Assembly (NCBI RefSeq): GCF_001194135.2
Contig: NC_068998.1
Location: 51,981,744 to 52,045,743, forward strand
Length of the DNA stretch: 64,000 nt
From: Octopus bimaculoides
Taxonomy: Eukaryota
Direction: 5' to 3'
Position 1 is the stretch's first letter; the number at the start of each line of letters is the position of its first letter. The notes under the pieces were generated by a model. It searched no databases. It was not told the origin of the DNA and saw only the letters and a program-made list of their open reading frames with translations. Made by a program: the position numbers and the translations under genes. This document shows positions 52,255 through 64,000 of the stretch, piece after piece.

Positions 52255-52299
<45 letters not shown>

Positions 52300-53443
52300 G
52301 TATATGATGGTCGTTTTTCAGTTCCCATCTACCAACTACATTCACAAAGCTTTGATTGTCCTGGGGCTGTAGTAGGTAGTAGACACTAGGATCTTGCTCA
52401 ACACACTGTGTACTGAGACTGAACCAGAAGCCTCGTGGCTGAGCAGCAAATTTCTTACCCACACAGCCATGTCTGATTTGAGATGAAAAACAATTTGGCT
52501 GCTATTTCTAACAGGTTTATTATTTCACAACACATATTTTTGGAAAATAATTCACAAGGATCGTTTATCATTATCATTTAAAGTCTGTTTTCTACACTAG
52601 CACCTGTTAGATACCAAAACACACGCTGGAATGTATACTTCAGTAGGTTGTTACTTGGGAAATAAAAAAAAATTAGCTGCTATTTCTAGCAGGCTGAACG
52701 AGAAAAAAATGTTCCCTCACTGTTATTGGCTCCATTGTAATTTGAACTATGGTAGTGGAGTAGGGGAGGGTTTTGGAATATCACAGAGTAAGGAAGAGTG
52801 GGGGGAGGCAGAGAGAGAGAGAGGAATGGAGAGGGAGGAATAAAATAATATTCATATAATGTCTTGCTGATCAGGAGAATTGGAAAGAAAGAAAAGTTAA
52901 CAAGTGTAAGGCTTAAACATTAAGGATTGTTCTTGAATAAGAATAACCAAAGATATTTTTGACTTGTAGTGTTCTGCTTTCTCCAAAGATATTAATTCTT
53001 GATATAGCTGCTACTGTAGAAATATTAATAGACATCTGCTATGGGGGAAAAAATCTATTTTAGGATTACAACACTGAGAATAGCAACAGAACAGGCTAAA
53101 AATAGACAGAGCAGAGCTAAATATAGACAAGTCACATGGTTCTTTTCTTACAATCAATTTCCAAAGCAAAGCTGAGCTGACTGGCTGAATGGCAATCCTA
53201 AAATTAGACTTACTCTATATATCAATTTAACTAGCCAATATAGATTTCTGGTACAGATCTACTGATTTTCAGATTTTTTTTTTTTCACTTATTTTTTTTT
53301 TTTATATACCTTATAGAGAAAAGTGCTGTTTAGGATGTGAAGGAAAATATTTTTTTTTTTTCATCTTTTCCAACCCATATATGGTATAAATAAGTATTGA
53401 TAAGAAGTGTAGATGGAAGGAATGCTTTCAGTAAAAGGAAACA

Positions 53444-53482
<39 letters not shown>

Positions 53483-53702
53483 CTGTGGGAGGTTTACGTA
53501 AAATGAAATTGTATTATCACGTCAGAAGGGAAAAATATAAATAGAAAAACATATAATTTTTATAGAGATCTCTGTGTGTGTGTGTGTGTATGTACATGTA
53601 TGTGGGAGTAAAATATAACAGGAAAATACGTAAAGGATCATATTCAGGGTTCTGTACATGTACCTATGCTTGTATGTATATGTACATGTATGTGTATAGG
53701 TA

Positions 53703-53747
<45 letters not shown>

Positions 53748-53928
53748 ATATATATATATATTGTAAATGCCTGTGTGTGTAAAAGCATATCTATGTTTTT
53801 ATGTGTCACACAATAATAAAACAGAAAAATATATAAATGATCCTTAGGTCTGTGTGTGTGCTTCTATATGCATAACTGTGTATGTACATGTGGATAAATA
53901 TAAATATGCATATGTATACATGTCTATG

Positions 53929-53965
<37 letters not shown>

Positions 53966-54654
53966 AAACAATAAATTAGAGAGATGCATATTTATATATA
54001 TATATGCATGTATATATATATTTGTATATGCGCATGTGTATGTATATACTCGTGTGTATAAGCAGGTGTTTGTATATATACATCTTTTGGTGTTTGTACA
54101 TGTATATGTAAATACACATACATACACACATAGATGCTCACACATACACATGCATGCACAAGCATTCATTCATTCATTCAGGTGTTTGGAAAGTTATTAT
54201 ATATTTATTTCACTGTTATGAATTATGAACTCAACCTACAGCAATACGATGACACTTACGTGGTGGAACACAATGCCCAGATCTGGTTTATCCTCTCTTT
54301 TATCCGTCTGTGCATCATTTACTGTGGCTTGTAAAGTTTAATCCCATTGAAGTTATATATTCTAAAGAACCACATATTCACCATTTCATATTGTGTGAAT
54401 TTCAAAAGAGTTTTGCTGCTGCCCTGGCAATATAAAGAATTTGTGAAATATATCCTAGTGTCGTAAGAGCTTGTAAGTCCCAGCTGCCATTTCAGAAGTT
54501 GAAAATTGGTAATTATGAATTCTCCAATGAGCTTCTTCCAGTTTCCATTTAAGAAATTCCTTCAAAATGCATTGGTCAACTGGAAGTGTCCTCTACCATA
54601 GAGGAATGTTTTGCATGATGGATTGTACCAGTAAGTTGAAGTAAACCATAGTTC

Positions 54655-55262
54655 CTTCAAAATAGAATGGTTCAGTTAATCCTTTTGATGATAAGCCAAA
54701 CTGTGCTGTAACTCCTGGTAAATTAACATTATGTTCCTTCATAATGTATAGATTCTCAAAGCCCTGGTAGGCATGACATTCAATTGAGCCATTTAATTTA
54801 AATGTATTCTCATCACTCCAAACAGTCTTTGTTGAAAAAACGGAAAGCTATACATCTTGCTAAGCACCACTTTACAGCCTGGATCTTCAATGAGAACATG
54901 GACCATTCTTGAAATTTAACTTCTCCAATGATCTTAAAAATAAGATAGATGCTTGATTTTTGAAATACCTGTCTTTCCACACAAATATACTTGAACCGTG
55001 GCCAATATGTTTCTTGTACCCTCTCTTGCTTAGAGTGGCTTGTTGATCTCTGCAGTATTCTTCCAGAACCTTTCTTATGGGCATTCTTAATAGTTCCATC
55101 TGCTTCAAGCTTATCTCTGATGGTAAGTCACATAGGTGGTGGATCTGTTCAAATCTCCCTCTTAAACTCTCTTTGCACTTTGACTGCATTTTTTGTCAAT
55201 CTTCCAGTAGTAATTCAGAATAAATCTCCTTTGTTCAAAGCTTAGTCTAGCTTCCTTCGTTA
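54655..55262 (-). mobile_element. Degenerate IS630-Tc1-mariner superfamily transposase (N-terminal HTH and first catalytic Asp)
   Basis: Minus strand with frameshifts reads EARLSFEQRRFILNYYWK...NAVKVQREFKRE...TIRDKLEADGTI...GSGR...[15 protein letters not shown]...NVNLPGVT...[20 protein letters not shown] is at 54809-54820. Confidence 0.85.
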
Positions 55263-55339
55263 TTTCTAATGGGATAAAATCTAAAAAGAAATGAAAATTG
55301 AGTCAGTTATCAGATGTTACAGTGTGAATACATCTTTTT

Positions 55340-55387
55340 GGAACTCCCTGTGTATATGTATGTACATATGCATGCGTGTATGTATGT

Positions 55388-55442
<55 letters not shown>

Positions 55443-55645
55443 ATATGTTTATGTGTTTGCGTGTATATATATTTGTCTGTGTGTGTATATATATATATAT
55501 ATATGTATGTGCATGTATATATATATATATATATGTGTATGTATATACATTTTTTATATATCTATATATACACACGCACACATACACAAATATATCTAAA
55601 TACAATATATGTACATATATGTGTGTTTTTGTGTATACACACACA
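55340..55645. repeat. Compound (TA)n/(TG)n microsatellite block
   Basis: Representative of many such blocks (2140-2270, 5730-5880, 11075-11210, 41895-42194, 50070-50310, 53570-54160, 55970-56140). These generate the YIYI/CVCV ORFs. Confidence 0.95.
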
Positions 55646-55971
55646 ATTGTGCATCTGTCTTTTACTAAACAGACGGGTGACTGAAAAGAAAACTAATTTC
55701 CTTCTGTGACTAAAATTGAGATTGGAAGTGATTGTTCATCAATTCAGTTTAGCCGTCTGTTAAGTTTGGGTTAGATTTGTTTTTTGTTTTTTTTTTGTTT
55801 GTTTTGATTTTTGTCTGTAAACATCTGTGAGTAGGTTTATGAAAAACCATATTAAATCAAGTAGAACTGCTGTATTTTTTTATCCTGAAGCATTATGAAA
55901 AAGTAATTATTCTTTTTACCAATGTGAAATTTGTAAATATCTCTTCTACAATAGTGTCTACTCCACAACAC

Positions 55972-56017
<46 letters not shown>

Positions 56018-56360
56018 ATGTATGTATGTGTGTGTCTATATAAATATGTATGTATATATATATGTATTTATGTATATGTGTGTGTGTGATAAATATATAT
56101 ATATATGAGAGACAGAGATGTGTGTGTGTCTATAAATGTACATATTTTTTTCTCTTTTCTTTTACAATTTTTTTCTATACTTTAAAGTATAAAAGATCAA
56201 ATTATTGAGTAAGATTATGATAACCACCTCACCAAGGAAACAAAATAAAAGGAAAAGGAGAGGGGTTAAGTTGCTGAAGATGGGTGGGTGAGTCATGGGT
56301 TGTACACTCCTCAACAAACAGCATATTTGGCCATGCCTCATGGACAAATGAAAACATATT

Positions 56361-56573
56361 CTTTTCTACTCAAAGCACAAAGCCCAAAATTTGAGGCAGG
56401 GAGGCAGTCGATTAAATCGGCACCAGTATGCAACTGGTACTTAATTCATTGACCCAAAAAGGACGAAAGGCAAAATCAACCTCAGTGGAATTTGAACTTA
56501 GACTGTAAGGACAGACAAAATACTGCTAAGCATTTTGCCCTGCATGCTAACGTTTCTGCCAGCTCGCTGCCTT
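56361..56573 (-). mobile_element. Family B SINE with perfect 15-bp TSD
   Basis: aaatgaaaacatatt at 56346-56360 and 56574-56588. Confidence 0.9.
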
Positions 56574-57339
56574 AAATGAAAACATATTAGTGTTCAGCCA
56601 TTGAAATTTCTGTCCAGCTCCCTTGTCAAAGCCAAACTCTATCAAAATGAAACATCATAGTTTCTTGAGTATGATGCCATATGCGGATGGGTAATGATGT
56701 AGCAGTTCTCTCTGATGCATAGTTATATGAACATTTCTTTTGTAACAGGACAATAAAGGAACCTCTACATTTGAATGTGTGAGCTGCTAGAAATAGTAGT
56801 TAAATCACTTTCAAAATAACCTCCTTCCAACTTCATTATTTTTCCTAATTTTATTTTTATTATTTATTTATTTATTTGAGATGCAAAGGTTCATTTGTTA
56901 GTGCAGTCCTAAGTATACAAAGTATAATGTGTCTCAAATGAAAGGAAAAAAACATGATGGTTGTATAGTTGTAGATGTTCAGGTTTGATGTGGTAAATAA
57001 CTGGAATTGAACCATTCATACTGTTGCTAAGCCTTCTAGAAACAGCAACCAAAATGTTCTTCAAATCACACAGCATCATCTTTTTAAAAAATGGAGAATT
57101 TATTACATACATAAAAGACATTATTGTACATTATGTATTATAATGAGTCTTATATTATAGTAATCATTATGGTTACATAATTCACATTATAAGTACTGTA
57201 TATTTATTACTAAATGCATCAGACTATTTAACCCTATAGTTTACTACATTAAAGTATTGAATGCTTTAAAGTGTTCAGCACAACATCAAATATTTAGTAC
57301 TAAATACATTATATCTGAAAATTAACCATTATGTAGAAT

Positions 57340-58045
57340 ATTCAGTGATAAGTACAGTTGAGCGCCAGGGTTGATGTAATCTGCTTACTCCAATCCCTAA
57401 AATTACTGGCCATGTGCCACAATTTGAAGCCATTAAAAATGGTGGTAAGCTGCCTAAATCATTAGCTCACCAAACAAAATGCTAAAATGCTAAACAGCAT
57501 TTTTTTCTTTTTTTGTTCCCAGCTCTTTAACATTCTGAATTCAAATTTCTCCAAGGTTGATTTGCTTTTCATCCTTTCAAGATCAATGAATTAAGGACCA
57601 GTCAAACTCTGGGGTTGGTGTAATCAACCAGCTCTCTCCCCTAAAATGCCAGGCCTTGTGCATATAGGAGAAAGGATTATTATTATTATTATTATTAATA
57701 ATAATAAAGTGGCAAACAGTTACACACTGGGATCGATGTAATTGACTTAATCCTTTCCCCCAAATTCAAAGTCTTGTGCTTCCAGTAGAAAAGATTATTA
57801 TTATTATTTTTTATTATTATTATTAAGCTGGCAGAATTGTTAGTGCACTGGATGAAATGCTAAGTGGTATTTCGCTTGTTGCCACATCCTGAGTTCAAAT
57901 TCCACCAAGGTCGACTTTACCGTTCATCCTTTCATGGTCGATAAAATAAGTACCAGTTGAACATTGGGGTCAGTCTAATCGACTGGTCCCCTCCCCAAAA
58001 ATTTCAGGCCTTGTGCCTGCAGCAGAAAGGATTATTATTATTATT
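57340..58045 (+). mobile_element. Cluster of four same-orientation family B SINE copies or fragments
   Basis: Units at about 57340-57435, 57440-57690, 57710-57810 and 57816-58045. The last three end in (ATT)n. Confidence 0.8.
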
Positions 58046-61000
58046 CTGATGGTGAGATTCAGTTTGTTCAGAAGCAGCATAATAAAACACAGTAAACTCT
58101 TAACATCAAAACTTTTTATACCACTTTTATATGTTTTGAAGATAGGATGTACTGCATATGCTAATTTACCGTAGATTATAATGTATCATTTATATAAATT
58201 CTAAATTTAAGTCAATACAATAACTCTATTATAATTGTGGCTAAATTAACTGCCAAGATTTTCAACATAAAATTATATTAGACACTCTTAAGAACTAATC
58301 TAAGGTAAGAAAAAATGAATCAGGCTATTAACGAGACTCAAAATCAATTAATTTCAACTGTTTATGATTTTTCTAATCATTTCATATTCATTATTGTTTT
58401 TCATACATCTTTTGTATCTGCATCAACATTTAATTTAAATATAACAATGTGTGATTGTTCTGCATCCAATCTGATATTAATACTCAAAACAATCAGCTTA
58501 ATTGAGATTTCTTTTTACACTTTGTATAAACAAATATGCCAATGCAATCCTATTCATTAGCAGCAAGCTGACAGACTCATTAGCACACCAGACAAAATGC
58601 TTAGCAGCATCTCTGCTGGTTCTTTACGTACTGAGTTCAAATCCTGCTGAGGTCATGCTCTCCCTTTTATTCTTTTGGTGGGGTTCAATAGAATAAAGTA
58701 CCTGTCATGTACTGGGATCAGTGTAATCAGCTTGTCCCCTGCTACTTACAATTGCTGGCCTTGAACCCTGCAACTGACCAGTGTTCCTTTCAAGTGAGTG
58801 TTGTGATCTTTACAGAGTAAACTGGGTGTTTCTTACAAGGCATGTATGCCTATGTGTTTTTGTGTTTGACTCCACCACTGCTTGACAGTTAGGGTTGGTT
58901 CGTTTACATCCCAGTAACCTAGCAGTTCAGTGTATAGAAACTGATAAAATAAGTAACAGGCTTAAAAAGAAGATAAGTCCTGGGGTCGATTTGTTCAACT
59001 AAACCCCTCAAGCCTGTGCTCCAGCTTGGCCACAGTCCAATGACTGAAGCAAGTAGAAGATAAAAGAACATCTTTGATAAACAGGACCTACTTTCACAGT
59101 GATAGTAATTTTATTCTACTTATTAAATCATTAGACCTAATTAAGATAACTAGTCTTTGTGTTTTGTTTTATTTTGTTTGTATTTTTTTTTTACAAAATA
59201 ACATTATAAAATTTGTCTAATAATATTTCAAAGTGATTCGAAGGCTGGAATCTTTTTTTTGTTTCGATTTTATTTTTTCCCAATGTTATTTACAGAGCTG
59301 CAACAAGGAAATCAACCACTGTTCAGTAGCTTCACTTAAAATGTCATTTGTTTGAATAAAACTAGTTGACATTCATGAAAACTCCCAATTTAAACTTTGT
59401 ATCTAAACTAAAGGAAGTCTTTTCTTGTCTAATGATATCCATTTTCATTCAGAGAATGGAGAATAACTATTCATCAGAGCCTAATTTTATTGACAATACT
59501 GCAGTTCTATATCTATAGGTAGGATTATTATGACATATTAGTGATAAGCTGAATGTTTTATACTGTTTATGTAATTGCAAATAACTTTGCAATAACTACA
59601 GAATGTAAAATGAATCAGTCGCCACAAGTCATCAAATATTTGGACTTTTTCAAAACAAGTTTTCCTCTTCTCCATATGATGCATCATATAGGTCAAAACC
59701 AGCAAGCTAGTATTCATAAATATTGATATTATGCAAATTACAAAATATTTCATTTGAGAAAAATAGAATATATTTTCCAGACACTTCTTTCTTTAAATTT
59801 TGGCTTTTCACCTTTAGTTATCAATACTGGAATTATTTTGTAAATAAAACCAAGATAGTTTTGTTTTCTGGAAATCCCTGCAGCATTTCATCTTTTGTTC
59901 GTTGTATATTTTTTATAGTGTTTTTTTTTTACTTCTTTTATTTCATTTTGATTTTGTTTTGCAAATATTTTTTTCTTTTTTTTTATGCAGTTTCTAACTA
60001 AACTCAGTAAAAATTGCAAAGGGATGTAACAGCTCTTATTCTATTCATTCATGTTCTTCATATTTTTTTTTTTGTTTTGCTTTGGATTTTTTTTTTTTTT
60101 GGCCTCTTCTGAAAATTATACATTTTAAAAAAATATATCCAATTATTAGATTCTATTTTACTTCCTTTTTATTATGCATTCACCACCGCCATCTCCCACT
60201 CTCCCCACAACTCCATTTATTTCATAAACTGTTGTATGTTATTTTTTCTTTTATTATTAAACACCAACAACTGAACAAGTGAAGTACAGTCATTTAAAAT
60301 ATTGGATATCCATTTAAATCAAAGCTAATAAAAATAAGAAAATCTTTTTTAAAATCTTTAGCAATCACATCCAAGAAACAATAGCATCTGTGTTACTAAT
60401 TTCTTTAAATTTAATTTTTAACACATCAATGAAATGTCATCATCATCACCGCCGTCGTTGTCGTTTAACATCGATCTCCATGCTACCATGGGTTGGATGG
60501 TTTCACAAGGAGCTGACAAACCAGTGAGCTGCACCAGGTTCCAGTTGTCTGTTTTGGCCTGGTTTCTACAGCTGGATGCCCTTCTTAATTCCAACCACTG
60601 GGTGCTTTATGCACGACACTGGCATGGGTGTTTTGTATGTGGCACTGGCATGATTGCTTCTTATGTGGTTACATGATCAAATGCTTTTGGTGCCTGTTGC
60701 AATGTGTTTAGTGATACAAATAACATTCAACTGCAAAAATCCATGTCAAAAACAATGACATAACAAATACCAAGAAAAACTGGTAGATTTCTGAGTTGCT
60801 GTGTGTGTGTGTGTGTCCAATGATGAAGAAGGATTGTGAGATACTGTGAGATACTGTGAGATCCAGCTGACTCACAGCAGTATTGAAATAACAAATGAAC
60901 ATAAGACGATGATGCTGATGATGTACAACTGATAATTTATAAAATTTGACATTAAAGTCTTGTAAGAAATAAAACAGAAAAAATTATTTTCCATTGAGAC

Positions 61001-61275
61001 GAACCAACATATTCAAACAAGAAATCAAATGTGCAATAATAATTTATTGATAGATTAATCTCAGTAGATAAAATGTGATGGTGAAAGATCAGATAATAAA
61101 CTACATATTTACAGATGTTTAAAGACATCAATCATCGCTGGTTTAAAAGCTACTTTTCAACTAAGTTGATCATGTAGTGAATTAAAATGATAGAAAGACA
61201 ACGAAAGTAAACAGTGAGGTATTATTGTAAGCAGTTAGTGTTGTTCTTGTTGTTGTATTGTCAACGATCGACCAT

Positions 61276-61318
61276 GATCCAGTGGACAGATCCAGTGGAC
61301 AGATCCAGTGGACAGATC
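61276..61318. repeat. 13-bp tandem repeat x3.3
   Basis: gatccagtggaca repeated three times exactly, followed by gatc. Confidence 0.9.
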
Positions 61319-61449
61319 ATTGATCCAAGATGTCTCTGCATTGTTCATTATATCCTTTTTCTTTTTAGAGACCAAGTGCATCTTGGACTACATTATCCAA
61401 TGCATTCGGTACTAGTATGTGTGTGGATGTATATACAAGCTTACACACG

Positions 61450-61484
<35 letters not shown>

Positions 61485-64000
61485 CATGCACGCACACGTA
61501 TATAAGTGAACACTGGCAGGAACTCAAGGAGGTGAAAAGTTCATCTGTGCTATACCAACGTGCTAAATTAGAACATGAGGGTTCAAGAGATAACGTAGCC
61601 ATCAGGATCCTATTGACACAGAATAGACACTACACTCAGACAGATTACAGAACCCAATAGTTACACACAATTATTGATAGCTTTATCTGCTGAGAGATCC
61701 ACTTTCCCCAAAACAAATTATTTGGTATTTTTTCGAAGTCTATAAATCTTTGACATAAACAACAAAACAAATTATTTGTAATTTAGAATCACTATCAACA
61801 TTGCACTCTAATATTTCATTCTTCACTACATTCACATCTATGGTGAAGGTTAACTGTCACAGAGGAGGTCAGAATAATATCAGAGCATGTCCAAAGTCAT
61901 TTCCCCTGCTTGCCAAACATATGAAAATTTATATTATTCGTGACTATTGCTGTTGTTTTTTCTCCCAACACATTTATCTCTAGTTTGCGTGTTAACACTC
62001 TATACACGAAATGTGTTCACACTAACTTTACCTAAAGTGTTTTGTGTCTGACTTGTTCAATTTAAATGTATTTGTTAAAAGAGGCTGAATTAACGATTCT
62101 CTTGCAAAGTAGTGCGGGTATACATACACTTCATTGAAGAACAGTATATATATATATATATATATATACATACACACACACACATATATAAATACATTCA
62201 TACACACACACATATATATATATATGTATGTATATATATATGTATATATGTATACACACACATAATTAAAAGTGATTGGGAAAGCCACAATAATGACTAA
62301 AGTTGGTTGTAAATGGGATAAATTTATAGACTTTTGTTTTAGTTTCTTCCCCTTCTTTATTTCTAACTCACTTTATTGTGGCTTTCTCAATCACATTTGG
62401 TTCTATTTCAGAATGATTCGAATAAATTTCAATAATCTAATAGTGTTTCTCATTGGTTGGTGGAGAGGTGTGGAAAGAGGAGAGACAAACTGCCACATTT
62501 AATAGAATTATGAGGGTTTTTTTTTAAACTTTGTAAACTCATCCAACCCTATGGAAAGAGTTATATGGATGCAAGACTATTTTGTCTCCGTGTTAATAAA
62601 AAAGGAGAGGGGCCAAAAGTGTTCCTAACACAGCCATACACAGATATACATACATGCACATAAACATATACATATACATATATACACAAAAATACATAAA
62701 CAAACACTTCAAGTGAAAAAAAATTAAATGAAAGTCTTTTACAGGAATTTTCAAACTACTTTTAGTTTTGATATACTTTCTCTGAAGGATCCCTTTGTGA
62801 TGGTGGTGGTAGTGGTGGTGACAGTGGTGTGATGGTTGTCTGGCACTAGTCATTTAAAGAAATAAAGTATCTTGCTCAAGAACACAACATGCATTGTGGT
62901 CTGGGAATTGAACTCACTGCCTCATGATCATGAGCCCGACAGTCTAACCACTGAGCCATGTGCCTACAACAGTGGAACCTCAACCCATGTTCATAAACTG
63001 AAATTATTTTTCGCATGGGAAATTCAAGAGAAAGTATGGCAAATTCGGGCAGGGATGGTCACAGAGTAAAAGCTAGACAGCTAACGACACTCTCCCATTG
63101 ATACTTCCAGCTTGGCAGCGACCATTGTTGACAGCTTGTATACTCATTACTTGAGACATCATTCATCAGCCGAGATGGTTAATGTTTGAAAAATTGCTCA
63201 GAAACTGATTTGTTTGTGATGAGAGATGTTGATAAACTGAAGTTCCATTCTGTGTGTGGGTGGGTGGGTGGATGGGTGTGAGAGAGAGAGAGATAGGGAG
63301 AAAGAGAGAGTGTGATGCTTTCATTCAATCTCCATCCACAAATTTCACTCAGAAGAAACTGGATAAATCAAGGCTATAGTGAAAGTAAAAGACACTTTAC
63401 CAAACTGTGTGTATGTGTGTGTGTGTGACATTTTCTTTTCTAATCATTTAGGAGCCAAAATGAACTTAAGGAATTTAGCACTGATTTTTCAGATTAAATT
63501 CTGGAACTGAATGTTTTTGCTGCTTTTAAGTGAAACTATAATTTAGCAGTAACACATTTAAGGCAGAGTGCATTAGAAATGATTATACTGTGAGGAAACC
63601 AATATTACTCAATGACTAATATAAATTTAATTAATTCACCAAGTACAGGTGACACAACAACCCTCATTAACAGACGCCACCGTGCTAGTTGAATTAGTGA
63701 TGGCAGAATCACGAAGAGAATGTACTCTGGCTGGATTAGAAAAATAATAGAATTGTTTAGAGAAGAAATAATTCAGAAACACTTTCCACATGCAAATCCA
63801 TTAGCTATGTTAACATATTTCTTTTGAAATACACTGCCTGTTTGTATTAATTTTCTAAATAACAAAGAATTTAGTAAAATAAATCTGTCGTAATTAAGCT
63901 GGAGTTTGGATCATAAATTAACATGGAATTTTAATAAAGCTTTTAATTCAGATAGCTTTCAAGCAGGAAGTTAATATATATATATATATATATATATATA

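Noticed and set aside
54420-54600. Minus-strand stretch RNFLNGNWKKLIGEF next to the Tc1-like fragment
   Set aside because: It does not continue the expected transposase motifs (no QQDGA or SPDL) and I could not assign it to any family.
61276-61318. Short direct-repeat arrays (also 1641-1696) as CRISPR-like arrays
   Set aside because: They are head-to-tail repeats without unique spacers, in a eukaryotic context with no cas genes.
62028-62130. Minus-strand peptide ARESLIQPLLTNTFKLNK resembling a GIY-YIG C-terminus
   Set aside because: It is too short and has no adjacent supporting motifs or terminal hammerhead.

Overview
AT-rich, microsatellite-dense eukaryotic genomic DNA with 7 assembly gaps. 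The repeat landscape looks like an Octopus genome, which is an inference from memory and not a database result. One protein-coding gene is supported: a type IV diacylglycerol kinase (DGKZ/DGKI/rdgA-like) on the + strand. Seven GT-AG exons are visible (11700-11938, 20798-20972, 31027-31097, 33507-33655, 35257-35312, 45545-45618, 48405-48513). They encode the MARCKS-like basic region, the catalytic domain and part of the accessory domain. Intron phases chain correctly, but one expected exon of about 21 codons between 35312 and 45545 is not visible. No upstream C1 exons or downstream accessory/ankyrin exons were found. The rest is intron, filled with tRNA-derived SINE families, TTAA-flanked MITEs, decayed mariner and Tc1-like transposases, and RTE, R4-like and Penelope-like fragments. 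Most ORFs in the supplied track are microsatellite or gap artefacts. The most interesting non-genic signal is a set of minimal type I hammerhead ribozyme motifs (36138-36183, 35828-35873 minus, 43167-43215). One family has a tRNA-like head and occurs as TSD-flanked head-to-head palindromes with a one-sided tail of 37-38 nt (8924-9137, 35731-36241). A Penelope-type GIY-YIG fragment lies next to the second palindrome. All repeat boundaries were read by eye and are approximate unless a TSD is given.
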